A program made the position numbers and the translations under genes. This document shows, piece by piece, positions 39,670 through 52,835 of a stretch of 64,000 bases of DNA (position 1 is the stretch's first letter; each line of letters opens with the position of its first letter). Below the pieces are notes generated by a model that was given only the letters and a program-made list of their open reading frames with translations, did not search any database and was not told the origin of the DNA. The DNA comes from Lama glama (taxonomy: Eukaryota), in contig CM052816.1 in NCBI GenBank assembly GCA_028534125.1, forward strand, positions 41,604,001 through 41,668,000, written 5' to 3'.

Positions 39670-39815
39670 GAAAGAACAGTGGGTTCATTTATACTTTGAA
39701 CTAAGTGAGTTTTGTGATGGTGAGACTTGCCCTGTCTCTGTTCCTCCATTTGTAAAATAAGAAGTTTATAATATCCAATGTCTCTCTGATAAAAATTATT
39801 TTGTAAACATGGCAT
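39670..39815 (+). mobile_element. MIR SINE fragment
   Basis: gacttgccctgtctctgttcctccatttgtaaaataag. Confidence 0.55.
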
Positions 39816-41019
39816 AAAGCCAGAAATACAACTGTAATATTATATGGTCTACCTAAATTTCCTTTATTTGGCCTTAACCCGTAAATGATGGCTATTAAAC
39901 TTTTGTCAAAAATTTTCTACATATCTTTTTATAGCAATCTAAGGAACGTAGATGATCTTACTAGACTTTACGAGGAAATAGGAACATTTCTTAAAAGAAC
40001 TGGATGTCCATATAGCATCTGAACTCAATCTAAGTGTTCTGTAAGTAAAAATCATACCGCAAATTTCGTAATTCTGTTGAATGCATGGTGGACACTGTAT
40101 TCAATAAAATCATAATTAAGCAGTAGCAGCATAAAGTAGCATATAGAGGGGAAAATTGTTTCATTTATGATTGGCCCTGGTGCTACTTACATTAATGGTT
40201 TTTTTTGTGTGTCCAAAGAGTCATCCATGAGATGGGTGTATTTAAGACCTCATCTATCAGGAGTTCTAAAGATTTTGAGAAAGTGCTAAGCTTTATTTCC
40301 ACGAAGATTTGAAATCTGTTTTCAGGGGAGTAAGAAGGGAGATACTAAATAGCTGGGCAGGTGAGAAAGCAGGTAGTGAAATTCTTCATAGACTAGAGTA
40401 AAGGGTGCCCTTGTGGGTTATCTCTCTGTCTACTGGTAAATGACCTCTGGCTGGAGGTCAACCCAGTAAGTCTTCAAGATCTATCAGCAGAGTGGATTTA
40501 CTTCTTGGAAACTCTTGTTCCATGACATGGTTATGCCATATTTTTGGCAATAATATTTTACTTGTAATGTGATATGCTATGTATGAGAAGAGCTTTGTTG
40601 AACACATTTTGTTAAATATATATGAAAAAAATTCAAATCTGGAAAACTCACCTTCTTTCCTCCCTTCCTTTCTTCCTGGCTTCTTGCCTTCCTTCCTTCT
40701 AATATCATTGATTGAGACCCTATTATGTCTAAGAAACACTGAGTTCTAAAGCATGCAGAAGGATCTAAAAGATCTAGAAGACACGGTTCACGTCTTAGAG
40801 GGGGAATGGGCACGCAGATACCTGTGGCATAATGCAGGCCATCATTGTCTCCACTGAATTAGCATGAAGCACCATGAGGATTCAGAAGTTAGAAGGATGC
40901 TTTCTAGTTGTAGTGAGCAGGAATCAGTCAATCCTCCAAAGAGTCCTTATGCCTTCTGTTCTGGTGGACAAGATCTGATATGGGACGCTGCTGCTTGTTT
41001 CTGGTACCTTTCAGTGGAC

Positions 41020-41390
41020 AGAGTTAGGGAATATATGTATGAATATAAATATAAACATATATGCACATTAACACATTTCAATCCCTATTTTTAAATCTAT
41101 GTATATATATTTAAGATCATAAGTTTATACCAATACCTCCAATTCCAATTCAAATTGTAGGCTTCATTCTAGATTTCTCACTTTTCTTATTGTGACTTCT
41201 TTCCCTAACACTGAGAAACCTGGCTCTCGTTATCATTCATATTACTAGATCCAGTCCCCCTATAAATAATCCATCTTCCTTTGTTGCTCCCACTGATGCT
41301 CATACATCCTATGACCAGCCACCCATAACATAATGCCCTACTCACCCTGGTCAGGCCACAACACCCTGAATCGCCTAGTCACCTGACATC
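41020..41390 (-). mobile_element. Old L1MC/L1MD 3' UTR fragment
   Basis: cataagtttataccaatacctccaattccaat...cctaacactgagaaacctggctc. Confidence 0.65.
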
Positions 41391-43951
41391 GGGTTGCTCA
41401 ATAAATATCTGGTTGACAAATGTATCTCCATAGCACAATGCTAGGGGTTTTCACAGAGCAGCACATTGTCACAAGAACAGCAGCCTCTTCTAATGCTATC
41501 AATTTTAGGCTCTATTTCTGTATTAAAATTACATTATGTGAATGTCAAACTCAAGTCCAGTTATTTCATTCCAGACAATAGAAACAAAGTATGCAGATAT
41601 GTTTTCAATGATGACATTTGAAAAGGCCCAGGATTAATGAAGAGGAAGGAAAAAGATTTTACGTTGACATTTTTAAACTGACTCATTTAATAATTTAATT
41701 TTCCCTGGCTTGTAAAATAAAAACAGGTGAGGTGTTTGAAGATACAATGTAAAAGAATGCAAAGGACACGAGAGGAGAGTAAAGAGATTTAAAAAAGCCT
41801 TTGGTTAATACACAGCATTTCCTAGCCGTAACTTAATATACAAGTAGAAAGGGGAAAAATGAAAAACATTTTCTTCTTAGCTAGTCTTGTGTAGAGTTTA
41901 AATGTAAGTAAAAAAACTGCTACAAAAAAAATAGGAAATTAAAATGTATAAAAAAATTGTATTTCATATTTATTTAACTACATTGTGACTTGGGAGATAG
42001 CCTAACATAGGTTGCAATCACATACTAGTAACAATTAGTCAGTGACTGTAAACCAGAGTGATTGATTAGTGTATGTTATTAGAGGGATGTCAATGACCAG
42101 TAGGTTCATGCCAATTCACTGTGGACAAAGCATTCTAGACCTGCAGGTCTTTCATTGGTGTGTCCATTTTGTCTTGTTCCTTACTCTGACAGACTCAGTT
42201 TACTTGAAATATAACCATTAGTAGCATCCAAGTGTTCCACCTTGGATGATAAATTTTATGGTCATCCTAATTTTAGATAGAATTTGGAATAGAAAATTGA
42301 GGAATCTCAGCTCTTCTTTTTTGTCACTTTGACCCACAGGAAATAAGGTAATTTTAAGTAAATTTAAAACCCCATAGATCTATTTCCTCACTGGACTACA
42401 CACAAATACAAATTGGACCAATCAGCTGAATTTTACACCAGCTGTAACTTCTGGGTGGTCTTCAAAGAAAACCCCATTTAGAGTGTGTTTCAATGATGCA
42501 AGGAAAATTTCACAGACTGCTAAAATGAGGGTGGGAGGTCTGCATTTGAAAGAGGGGGTTTCAATCACTATATTATGAACAGCAGGAGAAAAGCTTTTCT
42601 AGCTACAGCTGTCACCTGAAACTTCAGCCACTAGTTACTCACCAATATACGTTCATAGCATTCTACTCTTTCCTCATAATATCTAGATAAATTCTGAACA
42701 CCATGTTCTTCAAGGTGGTGTCATGGATTAAAAATGTAATTTAGCACTCCTTGTCCACAGTATTCAATGTTGACAAAATATGCTGTCAATGCTGCCTTTT
42801 GTGTAACGAAAGGAAAACAGCTTTAATAGGATTTCATAGTTCAGTTGTGCGATTCAATACTAATACAGTATGCTCAGGTGCAAAATTATTAGTAATATAA
42901 TACTTTCACATTGAGTATTAAGACAGGACCGGGATTTCTGTCTGTCAGGATTAACTGAAAAATTCAAGACTTGATTGTGAAATGTAATATTAAGTTTTAA
43001 AAACCACCTTGTCTGATCAAATCCACCAAGAGACAATTCTATGTGTATGAATAAAGAATATCTGATGCAACAACATTTGACTATAAAGATACTGAAAAAT
43101 CTTTTATCCATCTTGGATGAAGTAAGGAAAAAAACATATGATGAGGCAGTGTCAAGATAATGGTGAATAAAAAGAAGTTCAAAAGATGAGAGGAAGAAAA
43201 ATAAATCAAAGCCAGGAGGAAAGAAAATATAGGCACTGAGAGTCCTCAAGGAAGAAATATTTTTCATTGAAGGAAACCAGAAAGAAATCTGAGGGCCACT
43301 GCCCCAGTAAAATGGTAATATAACAATTTACATTTTCTTGCTTATAAGGAGCTGACTTTTTCAAAAGACAGTTTTGGAAATAGGCTTTAGGCATTTTTTT
43401 TCATTTGGTATTCTCTTGGGGTACAGAAAAGCAGACGATGTTACCCAGGGTTACATGATACATATTTCCTATTTGAACGGTGACCTTCTCACTCAAGCTT
43501 TGCCTACTACCTAAAGCTAGTCAGCTCTTCGAGCAAGTTGGAGTTTTGGAGACAAACAGGATAGCTGGTTTGGCTGTCACTTGACTCTCCCATTGGTGAA
43601 AAAAAGTCATTTTGCTAAATACTGAAAATAACTTTTAAAATGGACACTTGTTTAACTCTTAGCAAACCAAAAATAAGAGCTAGCAATAACCTCACTTGAA
43701 TATACCATGTCATTCTATCTCATGGATTGGGACTCTAATTACTCTCAGAAGTTAATCTTCTAAGAGTGGGAGTGTCTTTGTTTACATCCCCGGTTCAAAG
43801 AGTATAGAATCACAGGATTTTGAAGAAGAATCCTAACGTATCCCTATGCCAAAAGGATTTGCCCATATGGTATTCATTCCACTATCTCGTGAACTGACAA
43901 TCTCTGAAAGTTTGAAAAAATATAGAAGTCCTATTACTTAGCTGGTGAGAT

Positions 43952-44405
43952 TGAAGGGTCACAGAATATGCCACCACCAAATCTGCCTCTTTGGCATAAT
44001 GGATTATTTTGAGCCAAAGGCAGGTGCAGAGAACAATCTAAAAATAAGTTTTCCTTTTATAAAGGAAATTTTCATTTGTAAAGGTATCTCCCTCTCCTGT
44101 ACCAGGAGAACTCTTCATAACCTTTATCAACGGAAAAAACACTGACTTAAATTTGTAAAATAACCCTTATGAAGCAATCCTTGTTAGCATAATTTTCCTT
44201 CCCATAATTTGCTTTCTCTGTCTAGAAGTTCAAACCCTACCCTTTTTCCTTTGTTTAACCAGCCCTTTGAGTTACTCATCACTAGGTGCTCCCATGTGTA
44301 TATGTGATGCACAAATTAATAAACTATCTTTTGCCAGCTTAATTTACAGGATCTCAACTGTAGAAACTAAGGTGATTAGAAGAAAAAGATTTTTCCCTTG
44401 CTACA
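43952..44405 (+). mobile_element. ERV1 solo LTR (MER34/MER39-like)
   Basis: TG...CA termini; cagaatatgccacc...gcctctttggcataatggattattttgagc head; AATAAA near 44318; agat/agag flanks. Confidence 0.8.
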
Positions 44406-44594
44406 AGAGTCACTATTATTTACTTCTCCATACATATCTAACAAAACATCAGCAAAAAGCTTTTGATTTATTTTCACCCAAAGAACAAGATATTTTGTTT
44501 GGCAGCAAAATGAGGCTCATTGCTAAACAGTTACTTTGGCAGTTCTATAAAGATTATAGATCACAGAATAGAGGTGACATATAGAAATGATCAT

Positions 44595-44652
44595 TCTTTT
44601 GAAATATAGTTGATTTACAATATCATATTGATTTCAGGTATATGGAATAGTG
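44595..44652 (-). mobile_element. Ultra-short L1 3' tail insertion
   Basis: Reverse complement of the L1 terminus seen at ~45845-45899; 11-bp TSD gaaatgatcat at 44584-44594 and 44653-44663. Confidence 0.8.
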
Positions 44653-44721
44653 GAAATGATCATATTACTAAATAATTCAGTTTCCCCTCAAATACTGATA
44701 TGCTTAAAGATATAATATTTT

Positions 44722-45905
44722 GTGTGTGTATATATATATATATACACAAAAATAAACAAATGGGACCTAATCAAACTTACAAGCTTTTTGCACAGCAAAG
44801 GAAGCCATAAACAGAATGAAAAGACAACCTATGGAATGGAGAAACTATTTGCAAATGATGCAACTGACAAAGGCTTAATTTCCAAAATGTATGAACAGCT
44901 CATACAACTCAATAAAACAAACAAACAAACAAAAACAGCCCAATCAAAAAACGGGCAGAACACCTATGTCAACATTTCTCCAAAGAAGACATTCAGATGG
45001 CCTATAGGCACATGAAGAAGCTCAACATTGCTAATTATTAGAGAAATGCAAATCAACAGTACAATGAGGCACCAGCTCATACCAGTCAGAATGGACATCA
45101 CGAAAAAGTCTACAAATAATAAATGTTGAAGAGGGTATGCAGAAAAGAGAACCTTCCTACACTGTTGGTGAGACTATAAATTGATATGGCCACTATAGCC
45201 ACTAAGGAAAATGGTATGGAGGTTCCTTAAAAAACTAAAAATAGAGTTGCCATATGATCCAGCAATCCCACTCCTGGGCGTATATCCAGAGGAAACTGTA
45301 ATTTGAAAAGATACATGCACCCCAGTGTTCACAGCTGCACTATTTACAGTAGCCGGGATATGGATGCAACCTAAATGTTGATCGACAGATGACTGGATAA
45401 AGAAGATGTGGTGTATACACACACACACACACACACACATACACACACACGAATACTACTCAGCCATAAAAAAGAATGAAATAATGTCATTTGCAGTAAC
45501 ATGGATGAACCTAGAGATTATTGTACTAATTGAAGTAAATCAGAAAGAAAGGGAAATACCATATAATATTACTTATATGTAGAATCTAAAATATGACACA
45601 AATGAACTTATTTATGAAACAGAAACAGACACAAAGAGAAAACAAACTCATGGTTACCAAGGGGAGAAGGGGGGTGGGGAAGGGGTATATTAGGAGTTTG
45701 GGATCAACACATACAAACTACTATATAGAAAATAGATAAGCAACATCCTACTATATAGTACAGGGAACTATATTCAATATCCTATAATAAGCATAAGGGA
45801 AAGAAATATGAAAAAGAATATACATATACATATATATAACTGAATCACTTTGCTGTATACCAGAAACTAACACAACATTGTAAATCAACTATACTTCAAC
45901 ACAAA
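44722..45905 (+). mobile_element. 5'-truncated LINE-1 (ORF2 C-terminal remnant plus 3' UTR), artiodactyl type
   Basis: Frameshifted ORF2 peptide KINKWDLIKL...EKLFANDATDKGLISKMYEQLIQLN; ends ctatacttcaa plus an A-rich tail; 16-bp TSD aaagatat(a/c)atatttt at 44706-44721 and 45906-45921. Confidence 0.95.
45416..45449 (+). repeat. (CA)n microsatellite within the L1
   Basis: Read directly; one TA interruption. Confidence 0.95.
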
Positions 45906-46248
45906 AAAGATATCATATTTTAAATATTTAAAGTACATAATTATAACCCCAAATTGGTATTTCAATGAAAGGACAGAAAACTAAACCATTTCAGTATATT
46001 TTTTTCTTGGCTTAAATTTACAAACCAAAGTAATTTAATATTTACATACAAATACATATTATAAGTTTATTTACTATCAGTGCTTAATAATCAGTGGGGA
46101 CTATCAGAGACCAAGAAGTACATGTAGACAAAATAAAACAACAAACAGCACTGATGACTTCCTGTTTCCTTCTCTCATTCTTTAATCACTGTTTCTCATA
46201 AATATTACCTTCATTTGGATTTGTAAAATTTAGCAAGTTGGGGCCCAT

Positions 46249-46293
46249 CAGAGCTATGCAATCTTTTTTTTTTTTTCAGAGCTATGCAATCTT
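46249..46293 (-). mobile_element. Poly(A)-only retrotransposition scar
   Basis: Perfect 17-bp duplication cagagctatgcaatctt (46249-46265 and 46277-46293) flanking a pure T run. Confidence 0.8.
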
Positions 46294-49200
46294 AATGTCT
46301 GGATTGTGGCCATTTATTTTCAAACCTGCATACAATTCATATACCTTAATAGTTGTTAATATTCCTTTCAATAGTCTCTTATTTTGCCTCCTTCTGGCAG
46401 CAAATCTACCTTAATCTTGTTTAAATGCTTCCTTTCACCACTTCCTTTCAGCTTTCTTTGCTTATTTGGTCACACTTAACCTCACCCTTACATTAAAAAA
46501 AAAAATTCCTGATGCGGTGGTATATAGTCACACACTTCATTTACCCTAGGCAGCCAACCTGCAACTATCTAATAAAAAGGAAATAAGTGATGGGCTATGA
46601 AAGGTTCTGTACATTAATTCCTCACTTTCAAAAATAATTCAAAGGAAATGTCCAGTCTTGGACCAGTGGTATTATCCTCAGAAATAAAAGGACAACTCAT
46701 TAATCATTAATTGTCATAATGCTATGAATAGAGCAGGGTGGTTTCCAGAGAATACACTATTCTCTCTCCCTGAGTCTTAGCTACATTATTCTTGTAGTAC
46801 AAGTGGCATAGACCTTGTTTCTGAGCATCTGTTAAGTAGTCAGAACAGAAAGGGAGGAGTGCGAGGTAAGGGGATAACAGATGCAGAACTTTCTTTCAGT
46901 AACACCAACACTTTCTTGAAGAGGGAATCATGAGAGGTAAAAAGTCTTGGCTTCAAGGACTGTAGTTCTGAATCCTCCTATCCTGAGGAAGAATTTGACA
47001 ATTCTCCATCTACTTTAAAACGTTGATAGTGGAGACTGAAACAGAAGGTTCTAAGAGTAGGACAAGGGCCCTGCATTTCTAAAAACTATTGTGTGATGGA
47101 GTCGGATCAGTAGTTTCCACGGGGGTCTGGGGGAGAGGGGAAGATAAACAGGGGAAGGATGTGAAGTAGCAGAAGATGGGGGAAATCTAATGATGGAATT
47201 CAGGAACTTTGTGGTTAGAGCAAAAATAAAGATTGTAGTGTTTGTATCAGACGTCACACAAATAGAATGAGAAGTTCCTGAATTAGAGTTGAAATGCAGA
47301 CAGGACTATACGATTAAGACTGGATTGTGATTCTCAGAGGACATTCAAATACAAACAGACATGACTTCTGTGTCTCCTTTCACAGAAAGATATGGTCCAT
47401 TTTTTTTTACTGTCTTTGTTTCTGTCAAAATTTGTTGGTTGTTGATTAACTCATCCCCCCAAAACTTAATTTTAATTGACATTTAAAAAATGACAACAAA
47501 GGCCATTTCTTATCTCATGAATGAGGAAAAAATATGTGTAAAACTGGTTTTCACAAGAGTCTTTTAGACTTTGCAGTAGACCTCTCCTAATTTATGTGGA
47601 TTCAAATGTCATGAGCCCATGATGTCCCCCAAATGTAACTTATAATCAAAACCTGTTATCATATCTTCAGCCCGTTCTAGGCATGTTAATTCTATTTACT
47701 CCATACACTTTCAGCAAAATAAAATAATTAGACTGGATTAATTAATTATTTGCCCAGTTTCGACCTCCCACCCGGCCCCTTTCCACAGGGTGGAGGGAGA
47801 GCTCAGGCTCCTGGTGCTACCTCCTAGGCCCCCCTATTTCACTTTAGGATAAAATATAAATCATCAAATAAAATAGGAATTAGGTAATATACAGGCTAAA
47901 GTGCATTATGTATGTAATATATTATCAATAAATTAAATAAAAACTTAAAGTTTAGGTAAATAATAAATAATACCCTTTAGGAAATAGTGCCAAATCTATT
48001 GACTTTATTCCATATATGACATATAAGGATCCAATGTTCTCTTTGCCTCATTCAATACATTCAATTCTAATTGGGGTCTATATTGTGCAAGATACTGTGC
48101 AAAGTGCTTTAAAAAAGTGCTAGGAGGAACTGCAAATATTTTGGAAAATCCAACATTAAATCCTCTTACACCTAGATGTTCAAGAAACGTAAGTTGAATG
48201 AATGACTGAATTTTCTAGATTTTCTCAATCTAATCTTACTCCTAAAACTTGATTTTTACCCCTTCCTTCCACCTATTTGCCTTCCCAGATATACAAGAAA
48301 GGACTAAATAAAAACAAAAAACAATGATTATTCTGACATCCTGTGTTACATTTTACCTGTATAGGTCTATGCACTGGAATGATCATAAAAGATACTGATT
48401 TTTTTTTTCCTAAACATAGAGGGATTTTGTATTCTTTCAAGATCAGTTTTGCTTTAAAACCAATCAGACTTACCAACAAAGCTGGACCTATATAAATCAA
48501 TTGGCCATGATATTCAGCTTTCTTTTATATTCCTGTCAAACTTGTCCACATTAAGTTTCTGCTACAGTGTTGACTCCTCAGAGAAGGTATCTCTGATCAT
48601 CCCACCTGAAAAAAAGCCCCCTACTCTGCCTCCACTGACATACTCCAGCACCTCATTATGATTTATTTTTCTTTACACACAAGTAATTCTTGGGCTCATA
48701 TTTATGAACATGAAATATTTGAGCAATAAAACAATACAAGACAAACCAATAAAAACTCAGGTCATCTCTATGTGAAATATGGAAAGTGCTTCTATTTCTT
48801 GCTGCCTGATATGGTGCTGGTAGCAGTGTATCTCCTGCTGTGGTGGGAGCTGTGGTCCTGCAGGACTTAGGCAGAAAGCTGGAGGAAGAGATCTGGGCCA
48901 GTGGGGAGTCTGAGTTTGCCATCCATGCACCTGAGATCCTGCTATAGATACGTAACAACATGCTCAAATCTCAGTTGCCCTAAATAATTTTCATAAGGCT
49001 TCTGTTTTTCTAAAAATAAACAGATAACAAACTGTAGAATCAGCACTTTCCCCCTTTTTTACTGAGCGTAAGTTGGCCCTTACTGTGCCTATTGGTAAAT
49101 TGTTTTAGATGTAGAGATAAACGATAATAGATACATAACAATCTGTAATAACAATAAGAAAATTATAGATTTACCAGTAATATAAGCTGGATTTAAGTTA

Positions 49201-52200
49201 GACTTTCTTATATTCTTCAGACTTTTTTGGGGGAAAGAAAACACAGGAAATCATAATGTTATAACAATGTATCAACAATTTGTTAAATAGATTTTAATAT
49301 TAAGATGCAAAACTTCAAGTTCAAGAGTTCTCTAGATTTCACAGCAATTTGAAAAAAATCTATTATCCCAAGTCATCTTAAGAGGGGCCAACTTTCCATT
49401 AAGCATATTGAGAATCCTCTTAAAGATTATAATGATGACCAATTTACTTCCAAAATAACGACCAATTTAATAACAGACTGTAAAAGCTGGCATCGCTATG
49501 AGTAAAGGATTTTAGTCAGTATCGTCTCATCTCTAATGGCAGTCAGATTGGGCCATTACTGATGTTGGCGTTCTGACCTCCCTGCAGTTGTCTTTCTAAT
49601 TAATTGCTCACTTTTCCTATAATCAAGAGGGATTACACAAATTTCTCTAACCAAAGCTGTGCTCAGAAACAGTAGAGGCTCCCTAATGTTAAGGTATGGA
49701 ATCTTTTTAGTTGAAGACATTGCAATTGTAAGTTATTTGGAATTTATCTGGCATCTTACTGCAGTTCACTCTTTCATTTCCTCATTTTTGAAATAATAGG
49801 AATGAAGACAGTGCCACTCAAGGAGAGTTCAAGCTGTGCAAGTAAAAGGAAAAATCTCTGTTAAGTTCTGCAAAGACCTCTTGTTCAGGAAAGTAGGAAA
49901 TCTTCTAGCCTGGGGCACAAATAATTGTTGCCCACAGTGGGCTACGAAACAAGAGAAGGGAAAGTGTATTCAATGGGAATGGACTCAAGGGTCTTGAATT
50001 TTTCAGTCACTATTGTGCGATCCACAGTTCCTCTCTTCAGGGGCTCCTTTGGCATACTCGTAGAGTGTGCTTTGAGACTTCTCTCAGGTGATCTTTTAAC
50101 ATCCTTCCATCTCTGTGCAGAGTTTATAGCATTCCCACTCAGAAATCTGCACAAACCCTTCAGTGAATGATTGCTTGGCTTTATCAGCCTTGTGGGTCTC
50201 TCCAGGATGTGAGTAAACAACAGAGGAAAGACGTTTCATATCTTCCAGTTCCTAAGCCTCTATCTTTATATAAAGCCAACATATTGTGCACACTTTAGGC
50301 TTTTGCATGAACAATGCAAGTGCCCTGGCACCACCGTATCAGAATTTTCCAAAATCCTCGTCTAGGGAAACAGTTATCCGTTATCAGAGGAACAAGAGTA
50401 AATTTATTTTTGCTGCTGAATAGAAAAAAAATCATTCAACTTAAAGGATTAACAGATATTAAAATAATATTTGTCTAAAGTTAAGCTCACAGGCTGGCAA
50501 ACGGTGCACTCTCTTGAACATTAATAGTCTGGAGATAATACCTGTTATACTTCAAAGAATTTAAAGGGAGCCTCTCAGTAGCATGTGAATTAATATGGAT
50601 GATCAAGAATTCATCTTAGAGTCCCAATTTTTGGCTGAATAATCAGAGAGCAATGTTCAATCACTGTATGCTTCATAGCAATTTGAAAATCTGTAATCTA
50701 AAAACATCCTTTAAAGGAAAACTTCTACTAAGTTGCTCAGCTTGGATGAGAAACACTTCATATTAAATTTCACAAAATTGGTCATCTAAAATAAAGAACT
50801 CTTTGTGTCATGTTTGGTGAATTACTGGAGGGTCAATTTCATTATATAATTATTAAGAATTACTCACTGCCTTATGCTACATTTCAAAGTATCTGCCAAG
50901 CAATATCCCAGATAGTAATGCACAGAACTGTCAAAAATAATCTGTAAGAAATGGGTAGGAGGAGAATTAGAGAGAAGGTGGGATCTTAGCTTGAGTTAGA
51001 GGCGTGTGTGTTCTTCAAAATGGTGTGTTTTTATTGGTAAGTGCTGCTTGGCTTGTTCCTGTGGGGATCTCCCAAGATGCTATAAGGACTACAGCACAGA
51101 ATTCCCCCCTTGCTCCTCTGCATCTCTCTCCACCAAGGACAGAAAATAGCAGATATTATTGACAAGCTCTCTTCCTTCACTGGAAAAGAGCTGTCCTATG
51201 GGGTGTTAATTCCCTTGTGTACGTATGTGATTGCTAGTGATTCTATCTCAGAGAGCTAGAGAAGATTCCACACGTATCAGTGACACATTTTGCCATTCCT
51301 TGAATGGCGGTGCATGTGCGGAGATGCAGCACACAGGAAAGTTACACCCATATGTAGAGTAGATGTTATTTCTGTTGAGGAAAAGTCTCTGCCCTTTCCA
51401 GGATGGAAAAATCCAAGGTAATCAGTCTGTCAGTCGGTAGATTCTACTACGTTCCTATTTATCATATCACCCTGTTTATTTCATTCAAAACACTTTTTAC
51501 ATCATGATTGTATCTTGTTTATTTGTTTGTTAGTCTTAATAAGAATGCAAACTCATTGAAGCTAGAAATGCCTCTCTCATATAGTATTATATATTCAGGA
51601 GGTCTGGCATGTAGCATGGACTGGATAGATACTCCTCTTTGTATTCTGAATTCGTACTTTCTCTTTGGTAATTTACTTCCTCTGGGCACCAGTCAGAAGG
51701 GAACTTGCACTTATTGAATTCTTTCAATGCCAGCAATTTCTGAACATTATCTGTGATGTAACCAGCTGCCAATAAGCTTGCTTAGAGTCACACAACTATT
51801 CAATCAGGCCTCTGGGTCCAAATTACTGTAGCTCATGGGATGACAGTTTGGCACTGATTCCTTATTATCCTCTTTTGTGATGATGTGTCAGATTTCTAAT
51901 CAATGTTCCTGACAGTTCCAAAAGGAACACACCATCATTTCCAACAACTGTTTATTCTTACTCAGGTAAATCGCTCCACTCTTCACTCAGCAGGTCTAGT
52001 CAGGTAATAAGGGGTTATATGGAACTTCTCCCTCTTTTTCAGCTATTTTCTAGTGGCTGTATCCATTAAACAAAATGCCAAGCACACCTACATTTCTGTG
52101 ATGGATGTATTACATTTAGGTCTCTGCTATTTACACAATTTCTATTCTTGACAGAAAATTCAAATGCCATACCATCCAGTTCAGAACTGGGTACCCACAA

Positions 52201-52324
52201 TTGCCAACTCCTGTCAATTTTGCTTCCTAAGAATCTCCCAGTTCTATCCTTTTCTTTAACCAACAATTCCTCAAGTTAGTTCATGTCCTTGTTGCTTTCT
52301 ACCTAGCTACTAAACCATAGTGGA

Positions 52325-52835
52325 CATTTGCTGTTTGTGTTCATACAGAATCTCTTCTCACTTCCTGCTTATAGTTTGCCCACCTTCATTTTGGTAATAG
52401 AGCCTCGCTCACTATTTTTCCAGGTGTTTGGGGCTTGCCTATCCCAGTCCTCTGTGGAGCTGAGCACCCAGGCTTGGCCAGTTAGTGTTCAGTCCTGCTG
52501 GTTACAGCGTTCAGCCAGGCCATCAGGTAACTGCCTGTGGAGTTTTGTGAGTCTCTCTTTTCATTCACTTTTCCCCAAGCTCAAAAGACATGATCCTGAG
52601 AGTGTCAAATTCCTCATCGCATAGAGGAAACTAACAAGGTAAGTCCAACACATAGGCAGATGTCGGAGGAGATGGAGTGAGTTCTGATGACATGTTTTGA
52701 GGCTGTTTGTTCAATCTAGTGCAAATTCAGTTTCATCCTTGTCATTTCCAGTTACATCTATCAGTAAATTTTCTTTTTGGTTTAAAATGGGCTGATTTGA
52801 GTCTATTTAACTGCAATTTAAAGCATCCAGTAATG
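52325..52835 (+). mobile_element. MLT1-family LTR, with an L2 fragment immediately upstream (~52060-52320)
   Basis: acccaggcttggcca, gagttctgatgacatgttttgag, ttccagttacatctatcagtaaattttcttt...tgcaatttaaagcatcc. Confidence 0.65.

Noticed and set aside
42860..43394. 135-aa minus-strand ORF or possible transposase remnant
   Set aside because: Phe/Leu/Ser bias from an A-rich opposite strand; no catalytic or domain motif recognised.
44722..45015. 97-aa ORF as a host gene
   Set aside because: Frameshifted L1 ORF2 C-terminal remnant with a microsatellite-derived start.
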